DNA from: Ptychomitrium polyphyllum
Lineage: Eukaryota
Length of the DNA: 64,000 nt
Assembly: GCA_973851085.1 (NCBI GenBank)
Contig: OZ316776.1
Span: 2,542,001-2,606,000, forward strand
Reading direction: 5' to 3'
The notes beneath the pieces were generated by a model that worked only from the letters and a program-made list of their open reading frames with translations, was not told the origin of the DNA and did no database searches. A program made the translations under genes and the position numbers. Below are positions 37,198 through 51,200 of this stretch, piece by piece. Each line of letters starts with the position of its first letter. The stretch's first letter is position 1.

Positions 37198-39835
37198 TCA
37201 TTGGTTTTCAAACCTTACAAAGTGGGGATCCACTTCAGGAACAGGGTCTAATGTGAACCGACCAAGTCGTCCAGTTCTATACAATTTCAGAAGCTGCTTC
37301 GAGACCCGTATCCAACCATCGTCTCCGAGCTGTACAGGGACTTTAAAAATTCTGCGAAATAAGTTCATTTGTTCATCAACCAAACTCTCCATGTCTTCTT
37401 TGTTCTCCAAGTTCCCATCAAACTTCAAGCAGGATTGTGTGATAACCTTTCGCACATTTTCACCTATCTCAGATGTGTTAGACTCTCCCTGACAAATTCA
37501 TCCCAGCAATTAAAGAATTGCGTTAGTGCAGCTGAATCAGGTCGACCACTGACATACTTCACCAAGTCATTCCTCTGACATTAATTCCATCGACTTTTCA
37601 ACTTTTCACAGCCACCTCTTAACAGAGATTTCCAGATATTGTCCACACTAATTACATCGCATTCAAAAAACAAATTTATACTGTAGTTGGCTTGCAGGAG
37701 ACAATACCTGAGCCAATTCAGGTGTCCATCGCAAGTGAGCAGAGCGAGCATTTAAGACCGACAGAAGATATCGTGCCACCCTATCCTCACCCACTACTGA
37801 GTCCTTCACGGCCCCTGACACCAAAAAGATAAGTGCAATCTAAACCATCCAGACCATTGGAGATCCAGGAGCAGTTAAAAAACAAAAGCTAATAGTAGTC
37901 ATTCCTGCGATTAAACAGACTTCTACAACTACAAGAGCTTGATTTCACTTCAAAGAGAAGCATCAAAAGAAAGGTTGTTACCTGTTAGTGCAAGCTTTAA
38001 TCCAGTATCGATGTTATCAATATTTGGAACGAGAACACCAGGAGTGTCCAAAACATAGACGCTAGGTTTTTCTCCAATCTGTCAAGCATCCCATAAGACT
38101 TATCGTAGATCAGAATGAGGTCGCTCTATAACCATAAAAACATGCAGAACGCCATCACATGGTGGAGATTGATGGGTACCTTAAATCCAGAAATATGTTG
38201 AGTTACACCTGGTAGAGGTCCTACTTTGGCTTTCTTCAAGGGCTCCTGCTCTAAATGAAATCAATTATTAGTAGCAAGCCACAAATGAAGTGTTTAAGAA
38301 TGTGAACACAATTTGCAAGATTCCCCATTGATGTCTCACGAAGTGCAACAGCAATTAGGACGGCACAAATAATGATGAAGAATTGCTACAGATGAATTCT
38401 AAACTTTACGTTGCTACAGAATTAGCAGCCAACATCTTGCGGGACTACTCTCTCAACCACAATTTCCGCGTGTAAAGTGCAATAGCTTATCGATGGGGTT
38501 AATAACCCTGTTCACACGAAGAGACACGAGTACAATCCAATATTTTTTTCCGAAATAGGCTTGAGGTAGCACCTGCTTTGTTCAATGCATGCGCGTGCCG
38601 AAACAAGGTGTTGATGAGAGCGGACTTGCCCACATTTGGAATACCCACAATCATCAAGAGCAGGGTTGGCTCCTTTGCTAACTTCTCCCTCAGAAAATCC
38701 CATGCCACGTCCAGCATCTGTTCTAACACCACAACAATTTTATACACGTTTCCATAGGATTGTTACATTACCAATAGAACCATAACTCAACGAACCTGCA
38801 TAATCATAGAAATTCCAAGCGGGGCCAATGCAACCTGGAACAGATAACTGAAGGGGAGTTTTTAATACCTTCCTAACCGGTTTATTCTGATGTGCGTTTA
38901 CAAACACATGACGCTGGTTATGTTCTTGGAAATGTGCTTCCCACTTCTGCACTCCAGTTCATATACCACCATTACACTCACACAAACTTGCAAACTTCAC
39001 CTAATTCCTTCACTTGCGATATACTTAATAACACCACCAACAATGAAGAAAACCAAAGGACGCCAATAGAGTGCAAGCATCAAATGCCCTCCAGGTACGT
39101 CACACGGAGGCAAAGTTCTCTACTGATAAACTGCACACAGTAGAAAAATGTCAAACGAATAGAAAGGGCAGTACTTACGAGCATCATATTAGGGTTAGCA
39201 AGGCCCATTTTGTTAAAAACTATCAGACGTTTCTTGCGCTCCAAAAGGTCTTGGAGCTCTGAATTGGCCGACGATATCGGTATCTGAATGCCCTCAAACA
39301 CACATACTTAGTCAAACATTCAAACACAAAATCCTCACACTAACGACGCACATGGAACCATACTGCAGAAAATTGGGAAACATCACACAAAAGCTAGCCT
39401 GCAATATCGCATTTCCTAAGAGTTATGAAGAAGGTCTCTAACAGCATAATCACTTAAGCTCGCCATAAAGCTCCAGTTAAGAATGTTTTCGACCAAATAC
39501 AGAATCTCCAAAGAACCCCAACTGACATCATGTCCTAGTATATCAGCTCACTGCGATTCTACAAAACCCTCAATGCACCCTGTTAGAAGAACTCAAACCA
39601 CATTAGGACATCCGACAGCATCCTCTTTCACAGCGGCTCGAAATGTTCTTTCAAGAGGTTTGCAAAGTAGTACCAGAGAACTAACCCGGGCATCGCGAAC
39701 TTCCAACACCAGGTCCACCACTTTGATCCGCTCACGGATCGCCTTGGTCGCCGAGGCCATGTGACCAGGGTACCAGTTTATGGCGGCCACCTCCCCGGCC
39801 TTGCTCGCCAATCCATACAGCCCCTTCCTCGACAT
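37198..39835 (-). CDS. Circularly permuted DAR GTPase (RbgA/YlqF/MTG1 family, organellar ribosome assembly); exons 39835-39686, 39283-39179, 38946-38869, 38717-38573, 38250-38180, 38078-37982, 37814-37708, 37488-37198
   Basis: INWYPGHM, VLEVRDARIP, G4-like NKMG, G1 GIPNVGKS, G2 PGVT, G3 DTPG, C-terminal YRTGRLGRFTLD. Confidence 0.92.
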
Positions 39836-40316
39836 GGCTCCGCTTCACAACCTCTCCATGAAAACGCACTCCTTCACATCCTAGCTCCCACACCCACCGC
39901 CCTGCAATGCAACGATCAGTCCACCGCACCATTCAGCAGAAAAGATAAAACCAAAACAGAAAACAGAAAACAGAAAAACGAAAAGCAGATGCTCTACAGG
40001 ATGCACACATCGATCATCATGACGAAAGCGGTGGAACTATCACGCAAAGTGCGAGAACTGCGTGCATGGCGACCTCCAACAACAGCGTGGCGTCATCCGC
40101 AAACCCTGAGGCACACCGTGTCGGCAGATTCCATAAACCCTGAACCCTGAACTCTGAACCATGGCAGAGCCCTAAATCCAGCACCTATGCTCCCTCGCTC
40201 CCTCTCTTGCAAGCCTCCCTCGCCTGCAAGTGTGCTTCGCTACTTTGCATTTACTAACCAGTTACTCAACCCACAAATGGCAACTTCTTACTCGGGTTGG
40301 AATTGTGGCTTGGAAT

Positions 40317-40452
40317 TACGGCTTTTTACACGAACTGAAACTACGGCTTTTTACACGATCTGAAACTACGGCTTTTTACTCGAGTACTATGGCTTCTTGC
40401 TCGAGTAATTATGGCTTGGAATGATGGCTTTTTACTATGGTTTTTTACTCAA
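40317..40452. repeat. Short degenerate tandem repeat (~25 bp period, TACGGCTTTTTACACGA core)
   Basis: Core starts at 40317, 40342 and 40367, followed by decayed units. Confidence 0.8.
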
Positions 40453-40699
40453 GCTGCACTGGAAGAGTTCTTCAGTGTTAAACGTACTGAGTACTTAACA
40501 AGTATACTTACTCTTAAGTATGAGTTTTTTTTATTATGGACAAAGATATTGATAATATTCATGTGCAAGGACTTCAGTGTGCATTTTTGTGTGATGTGGT
40601 GTTGGCTACCAAGCCACATTGGATGAAAGTAGTGTTGTTTGGTTTAGAAAGTTTTTTCATCCATTTGGTATGAACTTCATGTTGATTGGTCTTGTTGGT

Positions 40700-40780
40700 G
40701 GCCTCTAGGATTTGGAAGGGTTAGTAGATGGAGAGCTCCTTTGGCTTGGCACTTTTTACTATGTGAAGTTTTGTGAATTT
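40700..40780 (-). repeat. Degenerate dispersed repeat, copy C (inverted)
   Basis: Reverse complement CACAAAACTTCACATAGTAAAAAGTGCCAAGCCAAAGGAGCTCTCCATC..CCTTCCAAATCCTA matches copies A and B. Confidence 0.65.
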
Positions 40781-43582
40781 TTTTAGAGATCTTCTAATAG
40801 TAGTTAAATATGATTGTTTAGCTATATGATAAAACTTATAATTTTTCTTATCACTTGCATTCTTGGATTCTTTGTTTATGGAGTAGAACTCAACTTATTT
40901 GTTGTTGTTCCTTATTTTTTAATTAAGGGTGCATTTGTTATGTATTGTTGTTTAACTTTATTTAGTGCAAATTTGATTATAATTGTGGTACTTAGATTTG
41001 TTGTGTATAGAAATCTTTATTTACATAATAATATGATTAATGAAAGTATCTATCTTGGATGAATTATTATAGCATTTTAAAGCCAATTAGCATGAATAGC
41101 ATTATATTTTGTTTTTTATTTATATTAATATATTATGCTTATTCATGTATACAATATATTCAAAAGAATTGAGATATTTGGAAATTCAAACTTTTTCTCA
41201 TTTGAAGATGTGAAGTTTGTTTCTTAATTTATTGAAAGAATGTTTTTTATTATATCTTTTAGATGAATTGGTTAGAAATGGATAAAATACTATTAGATTG
41301 GAATATGTATTTTAATGGTGTATACAAATGAAATTAGAAAGAAGTGAGATGATAGATGAGTCTTTAGGTGGAAAAAAGATTTAGTTTTTGGAGAATTCTT
41401 ATATTTCTTTTGTAGAAGAGGTTGTTTTTATTGCTTTCATGTTCACTACATTTTTCACCATTTTTGATATATACATTGTATGTATTGTGAGTGGTTTGAT
41501 TTTATATAAACTTGTATAATTTTTGCAGATAAAAGAAAGTCCAAATATAAACTTTTCATTGTAAAGAAGTCTATGATTTTGACAATATATTCAAAAAATA
41601 TTAAAAAATAGATTGTAAGTGTTTAATCAACTTATAAATAGCTTGTCAAAATAATTTTAAAATTAATGGTTTATCATACCATTAGTACATATTTGGAGAT
41701 TATATAGTTCATTTAATGAACATAAAAGATGTTAGAATTGGACTTTTATCAAAATAAAGAGCTTTTATCTAAAATATTGGATAACCTTTTTAAATGAATG
41801 ACAATTTTAAATATTATACCATAAAAAGGATATAGGTTCTATTGAAATTTTATTTATTAATATATCAAAAATTTAATGCATATTTACTGTTTTATTTTTA
41901 TTCGTGTATATATATATTTATTTATTTATTTAAAAAAAATTAAAATTTTTGAATTTTTATTTTTTTTCATTCATGTCTAAACATGACTAGATCTAGGTGG
42001 GAAAAGCTGTTTTTTTTCTGTTTTTTTGAATTTACTCATTGCCACAGGCTATATAGGCAACAAGTCTTCATCCCAGCGCTTCTCAATGACAGAGCTTACA
42101 TTTAAAAGATAATTATATTGATCAAGAGCCCATCAATTTTGATAGAAAGCGCCCCTAGGTGGTTCAAATTGTGGTTCAAATGCTGCACATCAACTCTGTT
42201 GTTCAACGACCGTCCATATTGTCATCACATATTGTCATCACGGGGGAAAGTACAATCTATTCACAATGGCAGAGCAAAGTCATATACTATACTTACATGA
42301 AATGTAAAGACCATCTATTGGCAGACATGGAAGGTTTCACTTAGATTTTACATGACAGAAAAGAGGATGACCTCATGGATGAGGTTCCAACCTTTGTTGC
42401 AAAGCCACTGTGTTCAGATGAGGATGCATCATACTAAACCACCCTTAGGAAGTTTGTCAAGGGCTTGCTCGCACAAAGATTGGTGAAAACTATATACTAC
42501 TGTTAGAAGCAGATTATATCTTCACAAAACCAAAGTCAAACCTTGCAAACATTTGGAGCCCTGCAACAGGATCATATTCTTCCATTCAACCAGAACAACA
42601 TAATAGATTTTGCAATCTTTTTATCCAGAAGGGGAAGGAAATTTTACAGACATTGATCCAATAGAAGCCGTTCCAGTGTTCATTAAACAATCATTGTTGA
42701 GAAACTTGGTGCGCACATGGTTGAGTGTGTCAATAGTATTGCAAGGTGATGAGAACAGCAGGAACGAGTTGGGTTGATTCTTGAGATGTATGGATACCCA
42801 TCTACAAACATCAATTAGATAAGAGCATATTCCTGCCACCACCACACAATCAAAACCCAGGAGAGAGTTACACAATCTATTACACATATGATATGAATTA
42901 CACACCTCAGGTCCAGATGGAGGTCTTGAACCACCCGAATTTGATAAAAGGAATTACATACAAACTGCTCCTCCAAAGGATTTACCTGCACCTTTTAATG
43001 AAATAGTAGAAACTGTTCATACTTTGTTGAACATCATCAAGGAGGCTTCCAACACGTTGCCTTTATGCAATTAGGAATTAAGTTCTAAGACAAGCTTAAT
43101 AAAGCACTAGAAACTGTCCATGGAAGTAGAATTCCTGTTCTAATTGTGTTCATGAAATCTCGTTAACAAAATTCCAGAAAATTAGTTTAAGAGAAATGTA
43201 GAGTTTGTGATGAAATAACATTTGTTAAGTGACCTACTTATTCTAGAAATCTAGCTGCTTGTTGAAGACTGCCACCAACTCCCCTTTAGGATGAGGGTAC
43301 TCAATCATTCTGTGCTCCTTTGCATGACTTTAAAACCATTCCTCCTAGAAATGCTACAAACAAGTACACAGCTTACAGTTGAGTTTTAAAACTATTTTCT
43401 GCTTTCTCGTTTATTTCAACGAGTTGAATACAAAATTGATCGCCAAGTGTACAAAAGATCCAGGCTAAAAACAACCGTCGAATTTTGACGATATCACACT
43501 GACCTGTCTTTCATGTACCCGAAATACGAATCTCGCTTCCCATGTTGACCTGATTGTTTACACAGCAACTTCTACACTAATA

Positions 43583-46303
43583 CTAGTTTGTTGAGGTGGA
43601 CAGTCCTGCATTGTCAGCACTGTCAGCCTCATCCCCACGGCCAAAAACTGTTTCAATGTCCTCTGTAATTTCGTCCCATTTCTCCTGCACAAATATAGAA
43701 AAGACATGTAAATACGAAATTTAGAAAGGAACTCCAACATGTCATGCACAGTATTACCGTCAAACAGATTTCTACCTCAGAACATCACCCATTTTCAGGG
43801 CATAGAAATAGATTAGCCAAATGGTGAATGGTAACAGAGGTAGTACCTGGAAGGACTCAAACCAGTCTTTCTCGTAATCAGCACGGGTAGTAAACTCGCC
43901 CAAGTCTTCACGGTACCATTCTTTAGTATAAGTCATAAGATCCATGACCTGCTCTACCTCCAGAACTTCCCATGGACGCAAACCAGGAATTTGTTTTGCC
44001 AATTCTTTCCTGAAAAAGACAGGGCGGCAGTGTTAGACATAAATGATCAGTCTAAAAAAGGAGACTATATCTAGAGACTCATCCATCGCTTGGTGACATT
44101 AAACAGTGTCCACCGCCAGCCTACTTTCTGATAGTTCCTTCTGAGCTATCGGGTATCCTGACACAGACGAACTAATTGGTACACATACCACGTAGGAAAT
44201 CAATAATCTAAGACAACAAATATAACGCACACGGCACATCAAACAAACACCACTATTCTTGCTAGAGTAATGCAACCCGTTACAAAACTTTGAAATCAAG
44301 ACACGCCAAAAAGAGTAAATAGACAAGTTCCCAGGCACAAATTCGCAAATAGTAATGAGAAGTACCTGGCTTCATAAGATATAAACTTGTGTGGCATATT
44401 TTGCTTGGTCCCTTGTTCTAAAAGGTCCGTAAGCTCAGCTCCACCAGCCCATAAGAACATTGCATGAGTAGGAGTGCTTTCTCCAGGCCAGCTGCCATTA
44501 TTCTGCCGCATGACAGCTTTCTCCCTCTCCCTCTTTTCTATGGCTTCATTCTGGATCTGCTTGTACGATTTGATACTGTGGCCCTTCAAAGGTGTCCATG
44601 GAGGAAGTCCTCGGGCAAGCTTGTGGACTAACGCAGTTCCCATCGTTGCGAGCTTCACTGCAGGTAAAGAATGACAATAAGAGTTTACACTCACAACAAT
44701 AGGTCTATTCTACGGTCAAATTTCTTCAACATAGCGCTTGAGAAAATGATCAATATATGAAAGGCTTGGCACAGGGTTTATAATTTTTGAGCGAAAAATG
44801 CTGAAAGAAGCAGTTGGAAGTCAAGAGAGCGTACTGTCGGGAGTTTCCACAGCTGACTGGAGACCGTAAACCATTCCAATTGGTGCCCATTCGTCCATAT
44901 CGTCTCCCCAAATGAAGGTATTCTTGTCTACAATGCCCGCTGCCCAGGCAGTCTTAAGATTCACAAGCTCCATGGGACCACGAGTTCGTCCCAGCCGGTC
45001 CTTGTAATACCACCCTCCGGCCCTCATTGTAACTGTTCGACATACCACAGAAAGTCAAACTCTAAGATTCAAATCACATAATGAACCGTCACATAAGCCA
45101 TAAATCGGAGGAACTAAAGAGGTTACAAATATCTGAGAGGCAGCCACCTAGTCATGAACAGAGACATAAATGTGACATCACAGACATCTTTCATTGCGTT
45201 TGTTGTATCGAAATGTACGTGATATAGACGAAAATAAGGAGCGACGAAGGTGAATGAGTATGCATCATAACCCAACTCTGATATTCTGACCAAACTTGTA
45301 AACGTCACTGCAATCTTCTGATAACCTAATCACATACTAAATCGAAACATCTACGGTAAACCGAGTTAGTATATAACCTATTTCATTTTCTCTTTAGAAA
45401 CGTATGCTCATATATAAACATGAAGAGATAAGACCTGCTATGAAAAATTGAGTGTAAATACGAAAATGATCACTCAAACATTATAAAACGCGATTGTCTT
45501 TCACAAATCGTCATCTCATCTCAACTCATCCCATGTGTGTGAATATAAACGGAAAAGAGAAAATACCGAAGGCAATTGTGAGGCTTCAAGGTACAAAGAG
45601 TCAACATTTTACAGAAGATATCGATTGCAAAGATATTTTCTAGATGAAACTCAGGGAATATTTAAAAGAAACAGAGTATGCTGCACTTACAATCAGCATA
45701 TCGCTTATCCAGCCATTTGTACCCGAGCACCTGCTGCACATCAATAGGACGTTCCGGGGGATAAGCCCGCTGTCTGTAACCCCAAAGCCCAAACTGAAAC
45801 TGCTTGAAAAAATCCCAGAACCGCCCTTGCACTTCCTCATCGGTAACGAGCGCCTTTCGGGGAATAGGAGGTCCGCCATAAGGCCCCGGCACTAATGGCA
45901 ACTTCTTCCACAACTCGGCATCCTCAGGCCTCGTGGGAACCGCATTCGCGAGCTTCTCCCGGGCGAACTCTTCCGCCTGAAGCTCCTCGCTCCTCAGCAA
46001 GTACCTCGCCAACTCCGATTTCTTGAAACTCTCCATAAACTCCGCATTCTCCCGAATTTCTTCCTCAGTGGCTTCCCCCGGCGCCTCGAAAAACTCACTC
46101 TCCGTTAAGTCCCGCTCCACCTCCTCAGTGTACCGCGGATCCTCAACTTCCCCCTGCACCTCCAACTCGAACTGCTCCAGACGCTTCTGATACTCATTAC
46201 TCGCAGCTGGGGTATCAGCCGGCGAGGAGTCTGAGGACGACGCCGCAGCTGGCGTGGTAGGACTCGGCTGCGACGACTTCCCTCTGCCCAGCCATCGCCT
46301 CAT
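43583..46303 (-). CDS. TIC56: Chloroplast protein TIC56; exons 46303-45691, 45032-44835, 44657-44366, 44009-43847, 43684-43583
   Basis: FWDFFKQFQFGLWGYRQR, GGWYYKDRLGRTRGP, TFIWGDDMDEWAPI, HKLARGLPPWTPLKG and IPGLRPWEV are characteristic of Tic56. Confidence 0.92.
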
Positions 46304-48252
46304 GATGAACCCACCTCTGAATGCTCCTCAAAACACACACCCTAGTGCCTGGAACCCCACACACATCCAACCCACTCTCTCTGCAAGAATCCTTCCTGCA
46401 ACCCCTACAAGAAATGGCTCTGCGAGAACCCAAATGTGAGACTGCAAGGTAGGGATGGCAAGAGGAGTTGGCGAGAAGCCTAAAAGCTTATCTGCTTCTG
46501 GACTCCGGGTTTGGGTTTTAGCATCCTTTTGCTTTTTCATCGACCCAGACATCTACAATTTCGGAGATATAGTGAGGGTTCTTTCTGGACTTTTCTCTGG
46601 TGTAATTTTCCTTACAGTGATTGCAGCCTCCCAGATTGCAATCAACACAAGACCTTAAAACGTAGTTCCGAAATGGGTTTGTCTTGATTTCCTCGCTCAC
46701 ATGCCTATTAGTTCAAAGTTTTGGGTTAAAGTGGCTCGACTTGGTTTGGCTTTGGCAGTTGGAACTTGGACATGACATTCATTAAGCCAGACGACTCTGC
46801 ACCACTTCTACACGGGAACAGATACTCTATTGTCTCTGGCCCAGATACATCATACTCCATTGTAGAGAATGTGTAGGAAAGTTTGCGGAATAGTGTTCAT
46901 GACCAGCTAAAGAATTTGATGAAAGAAATGAATCTACTCTTGTTTTGATAAATGTATTCACATGCTCAGGTTTGTTGGTACACAGTGGAAACAAAGTTGA
47001 TACCAATTTCATGAAATTATTACGAAATGAACAGCACGCATGGCAGTCTACATATGGAGTCACTCCACAATGTAACATTGTGATAATGTGGCACTACTGG
47101 TGTTTTGAGCCCACCCCAGCACAGTCCACTTCAATACCGTAGCCAGAGGTTTTGCATCTGTCATCTGGATAAACAAAGGTGCACAAGCAGCCATCAGCGG
47201 CAACTTAGTGCATGTGCACTGTGTCCATTGAGTATAACTCAATGAGGATTAGCTAACTTACTAGATCTTTCAGGTTCAGATCTCTGGCAGGAAGTACGGT
47301 ATCGATCAGCCTACTTAGCGTTATACAGTAATCCATTACAGTACCATACCAGCCTGAAAGTGCAATAGAAATGTGGCTAGGTAGAGGCTTCAAATCTTGG
47401 AAGAAAGATACAGATGTCAGCTCAAATAAAACGCTACCCTTACATGCTTGCTTAGGAGTGAAGAATTTTGGTAACTCTGAACGAAACAGTTCCAAGAACT
47501 GTGCTTCGAACTAAGTACATTAACTTCACACTATGCATACGCTCAAGCTCGGGTGTTATAAGAACATGTTGGTTGATCCACATTATACCCAAACTGCGAC
47601 AATCAAAACGTGAAAAATGATGTCAATTAGAATTCTGCCAGAGGCAGAAATACAAGCCCACAAAGGGAAACAAAATTGATAGAAGGACATCGGCGCCATG
47701 TAAGAACCCAGCTCCGAGGTTAAATTCTGCTTTGGAATATAGTAACTAAAGAATTTTCTACTTAAATTTGCCTATATTTATTCGGCAATTAAGGGAGGAA
47801 CTCCGTCCATCACTATCATCATCGTAACGTAGCGTCTATCTCGCAGAACTCGAGCTCTCTCGCCTGAGCAGCGACGCACCTTACGCCGGCTGGCTCAGCT
47901 GTGAGCTCCCTCAAAGATTACTGACTTAATCTTACTCTACATGAATCAAGAGATCGAATGGTTAATTAGCTATTGTACATGTCCAGCAAATATAAAGTAG
48001 TAATCTCTCCTGGCTTCCTCAATCCTACATATACAGTTGATCATCACACCTAAAAGTCCTCCAGTAAGAGCTGCCACAATAGATTGTTGTAAGAACCTCA
48101 TTCCATATCAGCTGCTCATGAGAATAGCACAAGTGAGGTCATGAGACGAAGTTTCCCCTGCAATACGGCTCCGGAGGGGGAGCTGTGGCAAAATAATCAG
48201 AGTGGGCACATCAAGAATGTGCTGGCAGACAACATGAACTTGGATCGTAAGC

Positions 48253-51200
48253 TCAAGGAAACTGGAAGCCACCGCCACCGCCACCGGCCTGCTGTTGGAT
48301 GTTGGCGTTAGGGCTAATGTAAAGCCAGAGGAGGGAGATGATGACGGACAGAAGCCCGGCCCAGACGTAAACGATGGTCGGCGTCTTGCCGCCCTTGCCC
48401 ATGAGACCCTTGAAGAAGGGGTACAGATGCATAAGCACCCACAGACTGAAGAACACGCCTCCCAGCAGCTTGCTCCACTCGGGGATGGTGGAGTAGATGG
48501 TGCGGGACACGCCCACGGCGATAGCGATGATGTTGGTGAGGCCGATGGTGATGGGGGGGATCATGAGAGACGTCCACTTGATGACATAGAGATCTGCGTA
48601 GATGTCGTCTTCATCCTCTCCAGCTGCCTTCGACGTCAAAGTGAAGGAAATCTCCACCCCGGCCATGACCTTGAGCAGACCCTGGAACACAGCGGCAACA
48701 TGAGCGCTGGTGCCTCCAATCACCCAGAACTGCTCATTACGCCACCACTCCTCCAACGTAATGCCGGACCACTTGACTTCCAGAAGGGCGAGCATGCAGA
48801 GGGTGACAGTGATAATGAGAAGATAGATCAAGAAAGAGAGGTTCAGGGTTTGGACGATGAACTGGCCCGTGAAGAGCGACAAAGCAGGAAGGAAGCAGTA
48901 CACCAAAAGGAAGATCGACGTGAATGGGTAAATGCCGACATTAAGATAAGCCACACGCTGCAAGAATTTCATGCGAGGGGAAGCAAATAAGGCGTTGTTC
49001 CGAGAGAAGAAAATTTCGACGGATCCTGTAGCCCATCGCAGCACCTGCAATTAAAGAAAGAGAGAATAAGAACACTCAGCTAAACCCCTGAACCCCTAAA
49101 CATGTCTACAAAATTTAATCCATCCGATCAAGTTCACAGACGAGCTGCTTACTTGATGAAGACGATCGGTAAGGTTAATGGGAGCAGTTCCTCGGAAAGC
49201 ATCGCGCTTCGTGACACAGTAAATTGAACGCCAACCGCGATTGTGCATACGGAAACCAGTAACCACATCCTCTGTGACCGACCCATAAATCCATCCCACA
49301 CGACCTCCCCACTCTGTTTTGTCCTCGTAGAAGCAAGAAATCACATTGATAGCCTCCGCAACAGTGCTTGCATCCAGCGGTTCCCGGGCATGCGTGAGCG
49401 CGCCAACAGGTCGGCTGTTCTGTACACCCTTGTCCGCCAACGGCCGTCCCTGAAACTCTGCAACAGCGATCGATGAAGCGAACACAACTGAGGCACCATA
49501 ACGCTTAGGGAGCATGGACGCCTCGATGTCCTCGTCTTCATCGCTGGTATGCTCGATCATACCAGAGACCTCGTTCACTCGCTTTGTGTGCATGATCTTG
49601 TTCTTGTTCTTAGTACCCGCGCAGCAGCAGCAGAAGAAATCGAAGCACCCACCATGTTCACGACTCCTAGGTGGGTCAAACCCATAGAGCGCAATTCTCC
49701 TGAAAACACAACCAGTTCCGACGTACACGGGTCCCTGCAAACCATCCAGAGCTCTCATGTTAACGTCGAAGAAGACGGTGTTATGATTTGCATACCGATC
49801 GTTGGGATCAACACCCTCGAAACGTTGGGGGAACTGCACGTATGCCAGACGGTCACCGCCCTTGTCCATGAAGAAGCACATAGCTTCCCGAAGAGCGAGC
49901 GAGTTGAAAATATAGTGATCACAGTCCAGATTGAGAATGAATGGTCCGTTGGACATCACAGCGCTTGTCCTCACAAGCGCGTTCATGGCTCCAGCCTTCT
50001 TGTTGTGGTCATAACCAGGACGCTTCTCACGAGAAACGTACACCAGCATTGGCAGACGAATGTCGACGTCCGTGGTGTCGATCAGATTCTCCTCATCAGC
50101 GCTTCCCATCAACGGCTCATGAGTCGGCGGCGCAAGCATGACCTGCACCGAAAATCCATTTAATGGATCCGCATTACTCAACCGAATGCAAAACTCTTGA
50201 AACCCTAAACCCTATGAACAGAGTTGGCATTTACCTGAATGATACCGGCGTGGTCACCACGACCGTGCTCCTTCCCGGATTGCGTCCATGTTCCCGGCCA
50301 ATGAGTTCCATCAGCCATCCAAGTCGCCTTCGGCACGTTAAGAGGCTCCGAGGGATCGGCTCCCATTTCAATCTGCGACCGCTTCGCGCGAATCTCCTCA
50401 TGCGCATTGTAGGCCTCCGAGCGGCGACGGATAGCTTCCGGCAACCCATTGACGCGCACCTTGAACTCGTCATACTCTCGCTTCACCCTGCGACGGTCCT
50501 TCACGAAATCAACGGATTTCTTCCCCTTGGTTGGGTCTCCCTTCAACAGAAAGTACGTCTCAGGATTGCGAGGTTCAATCTTGTGCTTCCTGCAGAACGG
50601 GACCCAAATGCGGGCGAAGCTCGCAGCCTCGGCTAACGCCTCGAACGACAACAGCGCACCTCCATCGTCGGAGAGATAGATGGCGAGCTTCTCCAGAGGG
50701 TACTCGGCGGCAAGGATGGACAGAATGGTGTTGCCGGTTGTGAGAGGGGGCTCCTTCTCCGGGTCGGCTGTAGAAACGAACACATCCACGCCCGGGAGGT
50801 CGGAGCGACCAGTGGGATTCTCAGGGCGGGGAGTTTCGAACTTGTCCTTCAAGACGGAGAGATCCGTCATGCGGTTGATGGGGCAGAGCTTTGGAAGCTG
50901 ATCGAGAATCCACGAGAAGGCGAACCAAATCTCGCAGACGACAGACATGCCCCACAACCACACTGCGTCTTGGTTCTGGTGCCTGACGCGCCACGCGAGG
51001 AACATACCCAAGACCACCATCCGAAGCGCCACCAGCATCCTGCGCAGCGTAGCGTTTTTAAAGTCATCAGCAAATTCAAGCTTGCGATAGAGAATCTAGA
51101 CGATCTGTTCCCGAGATTCCATGACTTGTAGTAACCGCCTCTCATACAACGAGTGGCACTTTGCGACACAGAAGTAAAAATTCAGCATTGCTCACTCGCT

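Noticed and set aside
37489..37576. Alternative acceptor at ~37575 in the last DAR GTPase intron
   Set aside because: It leads to a premature stop, whereas the acceptor at 37489-37490 restores the conserved C-terminus; no evidence it is used.
40317..40452. CRISPR-like appearance of the 25-bp repeat
   Set aside because: No unique spacers, units decay quickly, eukaryotic context with no cas genes.
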